Source: an uncultured Sulfitobacter sp. (lineage in GTDB: Bacteria; Pseudomonadota; Alphaproteobacteria; Rhodobacterales; Rhodobacteraceae). Taken from it: DNA of 64,000 nucleotides. Made by a program: the position numbers and the translations under genes. The number at the start of each line of letters is the position of its first letter. Position 1 is the first letter of the stretch. Shown piece by piece: positions 20,260-29,676 of this stretch. The DNA is taken from positions 168,120 to 232,119 of the forward strand of contig NZ_CANMQD010000003.1 in NCBI RefSeq assembly GCF_947499945.1, in the 5' to 3' direction. The notes under the pieces are model-generated. The model saw only the letters and a list, made by a program, of their open reading frames with translations. It was not told where the DNA came from and made no database searches.

Positions 20260-20651
20260 GGTATCCTTACGGAAATTCTGCAATGCAGCTAGGGCCTGTT
20301 TTAGCCACGCTGCGGTCTCGCTCGACAGATAACCCAAACCCGTTCGGCGGGATCCTAATTTTGATGCAGACGGGGTAAGCATCATCGACACGCTGATTGT
20401 TCGATGCTGTTTTTCTCGCCATGGTGTCAGGTGTCACAGATGGCAGCTCTGGAGTTGGGCGCGGGATTCGGTGTTGAGAGAATTTCAGCCCAGTTCGAGT
20501 TCGTCTGTATCATTACCGAAGATAAATATGGTGACGAGTGGAACAAAAACATACTCATTAGAGCATCGCAGTTAAGGGGGGCGAAAGAGGGAGGCAGGAT
20601 GGGCAAGAAAGCCTCAAGGTGCCGTGCTTTATGGATTTTTTTAAAATTAAA

Positions 20652-20727
20652 TGGTGCCCCCACACGGACTCGAACCGCGGACCTATTGATTACAAATCAA
20701 TTGCTCTACCAGCTGAGCTATAGGGGC
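20652..20727 (-). tRNA. tRNA-Thr (anticodon UGU)
   Basis: 76-nt cloverleaf read on the minus strand: GCCCCTATAGCTCAGCTGGTAGAGCAATTGATTTGTAATCAATAGGTCCGCGGTTCGAGTCCGTGTGGGGGCACCA. Anticodon loop is TTTGTAA. The T-loop is TTCGAGT and the CCA end is encoded. Confidence 0.95.
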
Positions 20728-20848
20728 ATTGATGGGCCGTTTAATGCCATTACAAAGATCGCGCAAGAGGCTTTTATGCTCCTTTTGCAGGTTTTACAGC
20801 TCTGCTACATACAGATAGAGATAAAATAAAACATATGGGCGGCAGATA

Positions 20849-21724
20849 ATGAAATTGGTCCTACACACGGGCGTTCACTTTACCGAAGAAGACCGCATGA
20901 TGAAGTGCCTTCTGCGCAACGCTGACGACTTTGCGACGAAGGGCGTCATGGTGCCTGGACATGGGAAATACCGTGCTATTCTACGTGATACATTGAATGC
21001 CATGGTCAGTGCACCTCCCTCTGAGATGGCCCGTGATGTGTTGGTCGATGCGTTTTTGGACGACACTGAAGCGGACCGGGTGATCCTGTCGGACGCCAAC
21101 TTCTTTCGTACACCAAAGACCGCTGTGCAGCAGGGCATGTTCTATCCAGCGGCTCCTGTGCGAATGATGCGGATGGCGCAAATTTTCGAACGCGATGAAG
21201 TCGAGATATTTATGGGAATTCGCAATCCCGCGACATTGCTTCCGATTCTGCACAGCAAGTCGGAAAATCCTGATCCTGCCTACTTTTGGGGTGGTCGCGA
21301 TCCGCGCGATGTTTTGTGGTCCGAAACGATTGGTCTGTTGCGCGAAGCGGTCCCTGAAGTACCGATCACCATATGGTGCAACGAGGATACGCCGCTCATC
21401 TGGGCGCATATCATTCGCCAGATGGCAGGGCTGCCTGACGATCAAAAGATCATTGGCGGGTTCGATTTGCTCAGCTCGATTATGAGTACCGAGGGCATGA
21501 AGCGGTTCCGCGCCTATCTCAAAGATCACCCCATTATGACAGAGCATCAAAAGCGCCGCGCGATTGCTGCGTTTCTGGATAAATATGCCCTTGAGGGCGA
21601 GGTGGAAGAAGAGCTGGATATGCCAGGCTGGACCGATGACGTTGTGGACGAGATGACCGAGATCTATGACGAGGATGTAGCAAAAATTGCCGCAATGTCC
21701 GGCGTGCGGGTGCTAATGCCGTAA
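20849..21724 (+). CDS. hypothetical protein upstream of kynA
   Basis: 291-aa ORF with good coding-like composition. It ends 62 nt upstream of kynA on the same strand. I do not recognise a family. Confidence 0.7.
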   Translation: MKLVLHTGVHFTEEDRMMKCLLRNADDFATKGVMVPGHGKYRAILRDTLNAMVSAPPSEMARDVLVDAFLDDTEADRVILSDANFFRTPKTAVQQGMFYPAAPVRMMRMAQIFERDEVEIFMGIRNPATLLPILHSKSENPDPAYFWGGRDPRDVLWSETIGLLREAVPEVPITIWCNEDTPLIWAHIIRQMAGLPDDQKIIGGFDLLSSIMSTEGMKRFRAYLKDHPIMTEHQKRRAIAAFLDKYALEGEVEEELDMPGWTDDVVDEMTEIYDEDVAKIAAMSGVRVLMP

Positions 21725-21786
21725 TGCACAATTGCCGCCTGTACGCTGCGGGCTACGCGGCAATGCACATATGAAAGAGGCCAGAT

Positions 21787-22614
21787 ATGAGCGAATTTGA
21801 AGCGGCCTCCAAGGGGGCGAAAATGGATTTTTCCAAAGATATGTCTTATGGTGACTACCTTGGCCTTGATCCCATCCTGAATGCGCAACACCCGCTTTCG
21901 GATGCGCACGACGAAATGCTCTTTATCATCCAGCACCAGACTTCCGAATTGTGGATGCGCCTTGCGATTCACGAGCTTGAGGCGGCGCGGCAGGCGATGC
22001 AGGGCGGCGAATTGCCTGCTGCCTTTAAGATGCTCTCCCGTGTGGCGCGTATATTCGAGCAGTTGAACAATGCATGGGACGTGTTGCGGACCATGACGCC
22101 TAGCGAATACACGGCCTTTCGCCCCAGTCTTGGCAACTCTTCGGGATTTCAATCGCATCAATACCGTTTGGTGGAATTTCTTTTGGGTAACCGGAACGAG
22201 TCCTTGATGAAACTGCACAAACATAAGGCAGCGTCCTTTGCTCGTCTCGAAGCAGAACTTGCTCAGCCGAGCCTCTATCAGGTGGCCATTGCGCGGCTGT
22301 GTGATCGGTTTGACCATCAGCCGCTCGCTGGAGCGCCGGGCCGCTCGGACTGGAAGGCACAGCAGGCGGTCCAAGACCTTTGGCAGCGTGTTTACGAGGA
22401 TCCGGGTGCGCATTGGGATTTGTACGAGCTTGCCGAGAAGCTGGTCGACCTAGAGGATTACTTCCGCCGCTGGCGCTTCAACCATGTCACTACTGTTGAG
22501 CGGATAATTGGTTTCAAACGCGGCACAGGCGGTACAGCCGGCGTATCCTACCTACGCAAAATGCTCGAAGTGGAGCTGTTTCCCGAATTATGGAATGTCA
22601 GAGGAGCGCTTTAA
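21787..22614 (+). CDS. kynA: tryptophan 2,3-dioxygenase
   Basis: [18 protein letters not shown]...[17 protein letters not shown]...[14 protein letters not shown], typical bacterial TDO. Confidence 0.9.
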   Translation: MSEFEAASKGAKMDFSKDMSYGDYLGLDPILNAQHPLSDAHDEMLFIIQHQTSELWMRLAIHELEAARQAMQGGELPAAFKMLSRVARIFEQLNNAWDVLRTMTPSEYTAFRPSLGNSSGFQSHQYRLVEFLLGNRNESLMKLHKHKAASFARLEAELAQPSLYQVAIARLCDRFDHQPLAGAPGRSDWKAQQAVQDLWQRVYEDPGAHWDLYELAEKLVDLEDYFRRWRFNHVTTVERIIGFKRGTGGTAGVSYLRKMLEVELFPELWNVRGAL

Positions 22615-23805
22615 GTGTCCAATATCCTGAGAAAAGATGCATTTATCATCCCCGAGGGGGTGATCTACCTCGATGGTAATTCCCTCGGTCCGCTGCCCAA
22701 AGCAGTGGCCGCGCGTGTGCAAAGCATGATTGCAGACGAGTGGGGCGAGATGCTCATTCGCGGCTGGAACGGGGCAGGCTGGATGGACCAGCCAAGCCGC
22801 GTGGGCGATCAGGTGGCGCGCATCATTGGCGCACCCAAGGGCACTGTGGTGATGGGGGACACCCTTTCGCTCAAAGTGTTCCAAGCGCTGGCTGCTGCGG
22901 TCAAGATCAATCCGACACGTCGCGTGATCCTCAGCGATACAGGCAACTTTCCCTCTGACCTTTACATGGCCGAAGGGCTGGTCGGGTTGCTAGAGCAGGG
23001 ATACGAGTTGCGCACGGTGGCACCTGAGGAGGTAATGAATGCAGTGGATGAGAGCGTGGCAGTGGTGATGCTCACGCAGATCGACTACCGCACAGGGCGG
23101 ATGCACGACATGAACGCAGTGACTGCTGCGGTGCAGGCCAAGGGTTCTGTGATGCTCTGGGATTTGGCGCATTCGGCGGGTGCTGTGGAGGTGGACCTCG
23201 AAGGCTCCAACTGCGAGTTTGCCATCGGGTGTACCTATAAATACCTTAATGGCGGTCCGGGTGCGCCTGCGTTCATCTATGTGCGCGATGATCTGGTCGA
23301 GACGATTGAACCTGCGCTCAGCGGCTGGCTCGGCCACCGCCAGCCCTTTGCCTTTGATCTCAATTACAAGGCAGGGGCAGGGATCGAGCGGATGCGCGTT
23401 GGCACACCGCCCGTGATCCAGCTTACCGCACTCGAAGTTGCGATGGAGCTTTGGGACGATGTTGATATGGCAGAGTTACGCGCGGAATCGATAAAGCTTC
23501 AGGAACAGTTCATCATGGAGATTGAGCGCGATGTGCCGCAACTAACTTTGGCCAGCCCGCGTGACAGTGCCGTGCGTGGCTCGCAAGTGTCGTTCCAGTT
23601 TCATGAGGGCTATGCTGCGATGCAGGCCGTGATTGACCGCGGTGTTATTGGCGACTTCCGTGCACCTGATATCATGCGCTTTGGCTTTACTCCGATGTAC
23701 CTCGACAGCGCTGATGTGAGCGCTGCCGTGGCGATCATCGCGGATGTGATGAACAATAGTCTTTGGGATCATGATCAGTACAAAGTGCGCTCAAAAGTAA
23801 CCTGA
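22615..23805 (+). CDS. kynU: kynureninase
   Basis: GTG start immediately after the kynA stop. YLDGNSLGPLP, and PLP-lysine region CTYKYLNGGPGAPAFIYV. Confidence 0.9.
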   Translation: MSNILRKDAFIIPEGVIYLDGNSLGPLPKAVAARVQSMIADEWGEMLIRGWNGAGWMDQPSRVGDQVARIIGAPKGTVVMGDTLSLKVFQALAAAVKINPTRRVILSDTGNFPSDLYMAEGLVGLLEQGYELRTVAPEEVMNAVDESVAVVMLTQIDYRTGRMHDMNAVTAAVQAKGSVMLWDLAHSAGAVEVDLEGSNCEFAIGCTYKYLNGGPGAPAFIYVRDDLVETIEPALSGWLGHRQPFAFDLNYKAGAGIERMRVGTPPVIQLTALEVAMELWDDVDMAELRAESIKLQEQFIMEIERDVPQLTLASPRDSAVRGSQVSFQFHEGYAAMQAVIDRGVIGDFRAPDIMRFGFTPMYLDSADVSAAVAIIADVMNNSLWDHDQYKVRSKVT

Positions 23806-23841
23806 TATCAATGTGATGTAAGGAAAGGCTTATCTTTTAGA

Positions 23842-24636
23842 TTAGCTGCGTTTAAGCAGGGGCGACAGAGCTGCACTTATGGCAAAGAGTGCGGCAGCCA
23901 TTGTTACAATGCTTGGCCCTGCGGGTGTGTCAAAGGCAAATGCACCCGCCAGCCCGCCAAGGGCTGACAGGGTTCCTACGGCCACGGCAAGCGCTGCCAT
24001 TGCTTCGGGGGTGCGTGCAAACGGGCGGGCAGCGGCGGCGGGAATGATCAACATCGCCGCGATGAGCAAGGCCCCCACAACTTTGATCGCAACGGCAACT
24101 GTTACCGCCAATGCCAGCGTCAGGATCAGTTGTTCGCGGCGTGGTGAAATGCCGCTGGCCGTGGCCAGATCAGGCGATAGAGTCGATGTCAGCAGCGCCT
24201 GCCAGCGCCAGACCAGCAGCGCGAGGACCAACCCTGCGCCTGTCCAGATCACCACCAAGTCTTGCACAGTGACTGCCAGAATTTCACCAAACAGATAGCT
24301 TTCAAGGTCAACTCTGACCCCCTCGATCAAAGAGACAGCCACCAGCCCCAGCGCAAGTGCGGCATGTGCTAACACGCCCAGCAAGGCATCCGAGTTCACC
24401 TGTCGCTCGGACAGGGTCGTGACCAGCAGCGCCATGGCAAGTGCAACGGCCAAAACACCGGCGAAAATCGGTAATTCAGTTGCCAGCGCCAAAGCGACGC
24501 CAAGGATTGCAGCATGGCTGGTGGCATCGCCGAAATAGGCCATGCGCCGCCACACCACAAAACAGCCCAGAGGGGCAGCAGCAAGGGCTACGCCCAGACC
24601 AGCAAGGGCGGCGCGTAGGATGAAATCGTCCAGCAT
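23842..24636 (-). CDS. znuB: zinc ABC transporter permease
   Basis: 264-aa polytopic membrane protein of the ZnuB/MntB type, in an operon with znuC. Confidence 0.9.
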   Translation of the reverse strand: MLDDFILRAALAGLGVALAAAPLGCFVVWRRMAYFGDATSHAAILGVALALATELPIFAGVLAVALAMALLVTTLSERQVNSDALLGVLAHAALALGLVAVSLIEGVRVDLESYLFGEILAVTVQDLVVIWTGAGLVLALLVWRWQALLTSTLSPDLATASGISPRREQLILTLALAVTVAVAIKVVGALLIAAMLIIPAAAARPFARTPEAMAALAVAVGTLSALGGLAGAFAFDTPAGPSIVTMAAALFAISAALSPLLKRS

Positions 24637-25376
24637 CAGGAAGCCTCCTCATGGGCGCAATCATGATCGTGATGATCATGGTCATGATCGTGACGGTAAA
24701 GCGCCAACGCCCCTTGGGTGCCCGTGCCAAAGAGTGCGCGATATTCGGGCGCATCGGCCACGACCTGTGGCGTCCCTTCGCAGCAGACGTGTCCGTTCAG
24801 ACAGAGGACGCGGTCTGAGGCGGCCATCACGACATGCAAATCATGGCTCACCATCAGCACGGCACACCCCCGCGCTTGCCGCACCGCTTCGATCTGTTGA
24901 TAGAACCGGGCAGCACCCGGCTGGTCCAGCCCTTGGGTTGCCTCGTCCAGAATGAGGATATCGGGTGCTTGCAGCAGCGCACGCGCAAGCAGCACCCGTT
25001 GAAACTGTCCCCCTGACAGTGCGCCAAGCTGACGTTCCGCCAGCTCTGGCACGCCAGCATCACTCAGCGCTGCAAGCGCCTCGGCCGCAGGCACGCGGGA
25101 GGGGAGATTCAGAAACCGCGCCACAGTGAGGGGCAGGGTGCTGTCAATCGACAAAGATTGCGGGACATAGCCGATGCGAAGGCCTTTTGCGCGGGTCACA
25201 TGCCCTTGTGCTGGAGGAATGGCACCGATCAGGGCACGCAGCAGCGATGACTTGCCCGAGCCGTTGGGTCCGACCACGGTTACAATTTCACCACGTGCAA
25301 TCGAGATGTTCACATCCCGCAGCACCGTGCGTCCGCCATAAGCAAGGTGCAGACCGTGGGTTTCGATAAGGCTCAT
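24636..25376 (-). CDS. znuC: zinc ABC transporter ATP-binding protein with His/Asp-rich C-terminal tail
   Basis: Walker A GPNGSGKSS, signature LSGGQFQRV, Walker B ILILDE. C-terminal tail is YRHDHDHDHHDHDCAHEEAS. Confidence 0.9.
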   Translation of the reverse strand: MSLIETHGLHLAYGGRTVLRDVNISIARGEIVTVVGPNGSGKSSLLRALIGAIPPAQGHVTRAKGLRIGYVPQSLSIDSTLPLTVARFLNLPSRVPAAEALAALSDAGVPELAERQLGALSGGQFQRVLLARALLQAPDILILDEATQGLDQPGAARFYQQIEAVRQARGCAVLMVSHDLHVVMAASDRVLCLNGHVCCEGTPQVVADAPEYRALFGTGTQGALALYRHDHDHDHHDHDCAHEEAS

Positions 25377-25859
25377 TTACGCGCCCTCGTGGACGCAGTC
25401 TGGGCATAAGCCTGTCGCCTCCACAACGGTCCGTTCAATTACAAACCCTGCGGCGCGTGCAGCGTCGCCCAAGCGCCCTTTGCTCAGGCCGGTGTCTGCT
25501 TCGGCCACGGTCTGGCACGCGCGACAGATGAGGAATGTCGGCGTGTGATCCTCGCCGGGATGCACGCAGGCCGTATAGGCATTCAGTGCTTCGATTTTAT
25601 GGGCAAACCCCGCCTTCACCAAAAAGTCCAATGCGCGGTAGGCGACCGGGGGTTGGGACCCTAACCCTTCGGACGAAAGCCGCGCCAGCACGTCATAGGC
25701 ACCAAGGGCGCGATGCTCGGCCAACAAAATCTCGAGCGTGCGGCGGCGCACAGGCGTGAGTCGCAGTCCAAGGGCGGTGCAATGCGCCTCCGCTTGCGCG
25801 AGCAGGGTGCTCATACAGGTGCCATGGTCCGCACATTGAAAGCCGATGGGATCGGACAT
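25377..25859 (-). CDS. zur: Fur-family zinc uptake regulator
   Basis: Start at MSDPIGF. Winged-helix text RLTPVRRRTLEILL. Paired cysteines are CRACQ and CPDC. Located directly upstream of znuC. Confidence 0.85.
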   Translation of the reverse strand: MSDPIGFQCADHGTCMSTLLAQAEAHCTALGLRLTPVRRRTLEILLAEHRALGAYDVLARLSSEGLGSQPPVAYRALDFLVKAGFAHKIEALNAYTACVHPGEDHTPTFLICRACQTVAEADTGLSKGRLGDAARAAGFVIERTVVEATGLCPDCVHEGA

Positions 25860-25895
25860 GGGGCTGCTCCACGTAAGGTCAATTTGCATATTGAT

Positions 25896-25907
25896 ATGTT
25901 ATAACAT
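25896..25907. promoter_or_regulatory. putative Zur box in the divergent zur-znuCB / znuA promoter region
   Basis: Perfect 12-bp palindrome ATGTTATAACAT between zur (start 25859) and znuA (start 25951). It resembles alphaproteobacterial Zur operators. Confidence 0.6.
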
Positions 25908-25950
25908 CCGCATTAGCAAGAGGGGGAATCGATCAACTTCAGGAGTTATC

Positions 25951-26871
25951 ATGCGCCAAATGCTTGCCGCCCTTTGCCTTATTGCGCCCCCCGTCGCCGC
26001 TGAGGATGCACCGCGTGTCGTAGCGGATATCGCGCCGATCTACTCGCTGGTCACACAGATGATGCGAGGTGCAGGGACACCTTCCCAGATTATTCCGACG
26101 GGGGCATCTCCGCATGGGTATGCCATGCGCCCTTCGGAGGCGCGTGCGTTGCGCGATGCTGATTTGGTGGTTTGGGTTGGTCCTGCGCTAACCCATTGGC
26201 TCGAAGAGCCGCTGGATACATTGGCAGGGGATGCAGCAAGGCTCACTCTCATGAGCCAGGCAGGCACAAAAACTCTGCCCATGCGAGAGGCGGTCAAGCT
26301 GCTCGACGGGGAAGAACATGACCACGATCACGATGACGATCACGAGGGCCACGGCCATGACGGTGATGTTGATCCTCATGGCTGGCTTGCACCTTCCAAT
26401 GCTGTGCTCTGGGCTGGAGTGATTGCTCAAACGCTAGAGGAGATGGATGCCGCAAATGCAGCAATATACACTGCCAATTGGGAAGATTTCCGTAATGAGA
26501 TGGCGGATATCGAACAAGAGCTGACCGACAAGCTACGTCCTTACCGTGACACGTCGTTCATCGTGCTGCACGACGCCTTTCACTATTTCGAAGCGACCTT
26601 TGGCGTCGAGGCCGATGCCTTCATCGTTCCGGGAGACGGCAGCACTCCGGGCCCAGCGCAGATCAAAGCTTTGCGCGATTACTTGGCCGAAAATCCAGCA
26701 ACCTGTGCCTTCACCGCACCGCAGGAAAACGACAGCCTGTTGCGTACTGTCATTGAGGGGCAAGGCACACGGATTGCGGTGCTTGACTCAATGGGTGATG
26801 GCATCACACCCTATGCCACGCTTATCCGCGAGTTTGCCGATGATATGGTGGCCTGCTTGTCGCAAGGATGA
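25951..26871 (+). CDS. znuA: zinc ABC transporter substrate-binding protein
   Basis: Signal peptide MRQMLAALCLIAPPVAA. His/Asp-rich loop EEHDHDHDDDHEGHGHDGDVDPHGW. Cluster A-I SBP text. Confidence 0.9.
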   Translation: MRQMLAALCLIAPPVAAEDAPRVVADIAPIYSLVTQMMRGAGTPSQIIPTGASPHGYAMRPSEARALRDADLVVWVGPALTHWLEEPLDTLAGDAARLTLMSQAGTKTLPMREAVKLLDGEEHDHDHDDDHEGHGHDGDVDPHGWLAPSNAVLWAGVIAQTLEEMDAANAAIYTANWEDFRNEMADIEQELTDKLRPYRDTSFIVLHDAFHYFEATFGVEADAFIVPGDGSTPGPAQIKALRDYLAENPATCAFTAPQENDSLLRTVIEGQGTRIAVLDSMGDGITPYATLIREFADDMVACLSQG

Positions 26872-26897
26872 GGCAAATCAGGCATCTTCCAAAGTGA

Positions 26898-26929
26898 AAC
26901 CTCTCCTGTTCTTGTTAACAGGAGAGGTT
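26898..26929. terminator. bidirectional terminator hairpin between znuA and phoX
   Basis: 13-bp perfect stem AACCTCTCCTGTT/AACAGGAGAGGTT with a 6-nt loop between convergent genes. Confidence 0.6.
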
Positions 26930-26961
26930 AAGGTCACTTGGTAGATAATTGTATTTTATAC

Positions 26962-28992
26962 CTAAACAGCGATTTTTCCACCGCCTTTTTTCGTAATCAC
27001 CAAGACCGCTGGACGCGGTGGCATGGCGGGGTCAAAGTCAGGCCAACGGGTCGCAGGATCCTCGAACGTCGAGGCGCGATTGAAGCCCTTAAGGTCTTTT
27101 GTTCCGTCCGTACCGGGGTGCTGCACGGCGACAAAAAGCGTCTCCTGATCTTCGGTAAAATAAGGGCCGCACATTTCGCCCCCCACAGGGCAGCGGAAAA
27201 ACAGCTTGGACGTGCCTCGTGCGTCCCCTTCGGTTTCCACTCCGTAAAGACCATCTGATTTGCCGGTTCTTTTCCAGTTGCGCCCTTGATCGGTGGCGAC
27301 CCACAGGCGGCCCTGCGCGTCCATTGCGGCGTTATCAGGTGAGCCGAACCAGCCATTCACGGACGTCTCGGGGTTCCAAACGGCGCCAACTTCGGCAACA
27401 GCAGGATCACCGCAGCGTACAAGGATCGACCATGTGCCGCGCGGAGCACCGTGATCGCCGCCATCCTCCTTGATCTCGATGATATGGCCAAATCGGTTTT
27501 TGTCGCGCGGGTTTGCAGCATTGGTCTGCGCAGTTTTGCGGCGGGAGTTATTAGTGAGCATGAGGTACACCGTGCCATCGCCCCGCGGCTGCGCATCTTC
27601 GGGACGGTCCATGGGTGTGGCGCCCAAAAGGTCAGCGGCCAAACGGGTATCGATCATCACGTCCCCTTGATCGAAAAATCCGTTTTCGGCCGTGAGAGGG
27701 GCTGCGCCATAAGTAAGCGGTAGCCATGTAATCGTGCCATCCTCATCAAACCGCGCGACATAGAGCGTGCCGTCGCTCAGCAATTTGGAATTGGCAACTC
27801 TGTTCGCGCCTACAACACCTTGCGAGACATATTTGTAGATGTAATCAAACCGGTTGTCGTCACCGGAATAGACAACAAGCCGCCCGTCAGCGGCCAATGT
27901 TGTCTCGCACCCTTCATGGCGAAAACGCCCCAATGCCGTGTGTTTGATAGGCTTTGAGTCAGGATCACGCGGGTCCACCTCCACGATCCAGCCAAATCGG
28001 TTCGGCTCGTTAGGTTCGGCGTCGATGTTAAAGCGGTCGTGGGTTGTTCCCCATGCGTACCACATGCCTGGCACGCCGTAGCGTTTGTGGCGCTCGACCT
28101 CTTTCTCGCTCAGAGAGGAGAGGTCAATCTTGCCTTCTGCGTCCCGCTTGGATGTCCAGAAATAACCGTGAAAATTCTCCTCCGCCATAAGGTATGTCCC
28201 CCAAGGAGTCATGCCGCCTGCGCAGTTGTTGAGCGTGCCGATGATGGTCATCCCCTCGGGGTCGGCATTTGTCTGCATGCGAGGGTGGCCTGCGGCGGGG
28301 CCGTCGATGGTCATCGCTGTATTGAGCGGCGTGATGCGGCGATTGCGCGGGCTGGTGCGGTCGACGCGCCATGCGCCTGTTGTTTCCTTTTCGATCTCCA
28401 CGACAGTACCGCCGTGGGCGGCCATCTCGATATCAATCAACTCGGACGTCATGCCTGCAAACCCCGCACTGTCCTGACGGCCCAATGCGGGGAACATGAC
28501 CTCCTCGTTGGTGTATTCGTGGTTCACGCAGAGCATCCCGCGCGTGCCAGTGTCGTTCAGTGGCGTGAAACCCACGTAGTCATTGTTATAGCCAAACTGC
28601 TGGAGTTGGGCGGCGGCGCTCTGGTTCATCACGTCAAATTCCGGTGCGTCTGACGTAATCGGATCCCCCCACCGCAACAGGATTTCGGCGTCATATCCCT
28701 CGGCCACATGGTGCATGGTGTCGTTGCCCCACTGAAGCTCGGTAAAGTTATAGCGCGAGGAAGTGCTCGCTGCCGCTTGTTTAGGGGCCATCAACGCCGA
28801 AGTGCCGAAAAGGGCGGTGGTTGTGGTCACAGCCAACGCTCCGCGGAACACCTCGCGGCGCGAATAGCGTGCGGCGATCACTTCCCCGATGGTGCGGGTC
28901 AGGTTAGGATTTGTAGGGATGTCATCAAAGGCCTCATAGGCCTCGGCCTTATTACCGATGGCGGGATCGTTCAGGATATCGGCACGGTTCAT
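26962..28992 (-). CDS. phoX: PhoX-family alkaline phosphatase
   Basis: Start at ATG 28992 with a GGAG 7 nt upstream. Tat-like leader SRREVFRGALAVTTTTALFG. PhoX signature stretches are GTLNNCAGGMTPWGTYLMAEENF, LGRFRHEG and GSPDNAAMD. Confidence 0.9.
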   Translation of the reverse strand: MNRADILNDPAIGNKAEAYEAFDDIPTNPNLTRTIGEVIAARYSRREVFRGALAVTTTTALFGTSALMAPKQAAASTSSRYNFTELQWGNDTMHHVAEGYDAEILLRWGDPITSDAPEFDVMNQSAAAQLQQFGYNNDYVGFTPLNDTGTRGMLCVNHEYTNEEVMFPALGRQDSAGFAGMTSELIDIEMAAHGGTVVEIEKETTGAWRVDRTSPRNRRITPLNTAMTIDGPAAGHPRMQTNADPEGMTIIGTLNNCAGGMTPWGTYLMAEENFHGYFWTSKRDAEGKIDLSSLSEKEVERHKRYGVPGMWYAWGTTHDRFNIDAEPNEPNRFGWIVEVDPRDPDSKPIKHTALGRFRHEGCETTLAADGRLVVYSGDDNRFDYIYKYVSQGVVGANRVANSKLLSDGTLYVARFDEDGTITWLPLTYGAAPLTAENGFFDQGDVMIDTRLAADLLGATPMDRPEDAQPRGDGTVYLMLTNNSRRKTAQTNAANPRDKNRFGHIIEIKEDGGDHGAPRGTWSILVRCGDPAVAEVGAVWNPETSVNGWFGSPDNAAMDAQGRLWVATDQGRNWKRTGKSDGLYGVETEGDARGTSKLFFRCPVGGEMCGPYFTEDQETLFVAVQHPGTDGTKDLKGFNRASTFEDPATRWPDFDPAMPPRPAVLVITKKGGGKIAV

Positions 28993-29038
28993 AGGGTGCT
29001 CCAACAGTGTATTTCGGTTGCCTGTGGTATGGGCTGTT

Positions 29039-29056
29039 CTGTCACAAATCTGTAAC
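29039..29056. promoter_or_regulatory. Pho-box-like direct repeat upstream of phoX
   Basis: CTGTCAC-AAAT-CTGTAAC: two 7-bp repeats at 11-bp spacing, about 47-64 nt upstream of the phoX start. They are written on the opposite strand to the gene. Confidence 0.4.
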
Positions 29057-29107
29057 GGCTCAGTGAAGGTTTTGCGACATGTGCAACTTTATCCAACCTG
29101 AGTCTGA

Positions 29108-29599
29108 TTACGTCTTGGACAAATGCAGCGCCACAAAAACGCTCTCTGGGTCCGAGGCGTAGTCGCCAAAAGGAGGACAATAGACAAAACCTGACCGTTC
29201 ATAAAGACGTCGTGCCGCAGCAGAAGCATCACGGCTGCCTGTCTCTAGAAAAAGTGTTGTGACGCCCTCGGCTTGCGCTTTGTCTATGATGTACCCAAGC
29301 AGGGCCGCGCCGACACCGCGCCCGCGTCCCGCCTCAAGGACATGCATTGATTTTATCTCGGCAGTTGTAGCTGACAACTTCATTATGCCCAGCATGCCAA
29401 GGCATGAATCGCCTTCCCACGGCGCAAAGAGCGCCACCTCAATGGCGATATGATCATCTGCGCTCAGATGATGATTGCTCTCGGCGGGATATGCGGCTTC
29501 GCCATAGGAGATATGAGTATTTATCAGATGCCGAATTGCCGGCTCGTTCAGATCAGCTGCTTGGATGTTCAGTGTCAAATACTGTCCTCTCGTGGTCAA
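29108..29599 (-). CDS. GNAT-family N-acetyltransferase
   Basis: Acetyl-CoA binding motif RGRGVGAALLGYIIDKAQAEG. C-terminal ARRLYERSGF. Confidence 0.85.
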   Translation of the reverse strand: MTTRGQYLTLNIQAADLNEPAIRHLINTHISYGEAAYPAESNHHLSADDHIAIEVALFAPWEGDSCLGMLGIMKLSATTAEIKSMHVLEAGRGRGVGAALLGYIIDKAQAEGVTTLFLETGSRDASAAARRLYERSGFVYCPPFGDYASDPESVFVALHLSKT

Positions 29600-29676
29600 A
29601 AAAAGGATCGGGTATCTCGCCGTTAGGTCAAACGACTTCAGCCTCCTGCACCGGATCAGACCCCCTTGAAAATCTC

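Noticed and set aside
20404-20829. 141-aa ORF spanning the tRNA-Thr locus
   Set aside because: It reads straight through the tRNA gene on the opposite strand, so it is not credible as a CDS.
20849-21724. The 291-aa protein as the missing kynurenine formamidase (N-terminal HTGVHFTEED)
   Set aside because: It does not match the cyclase-family HxGTHxDxPxH motif. The only real evidence is adjacency to kynA, which is kept as a low-interest finding.
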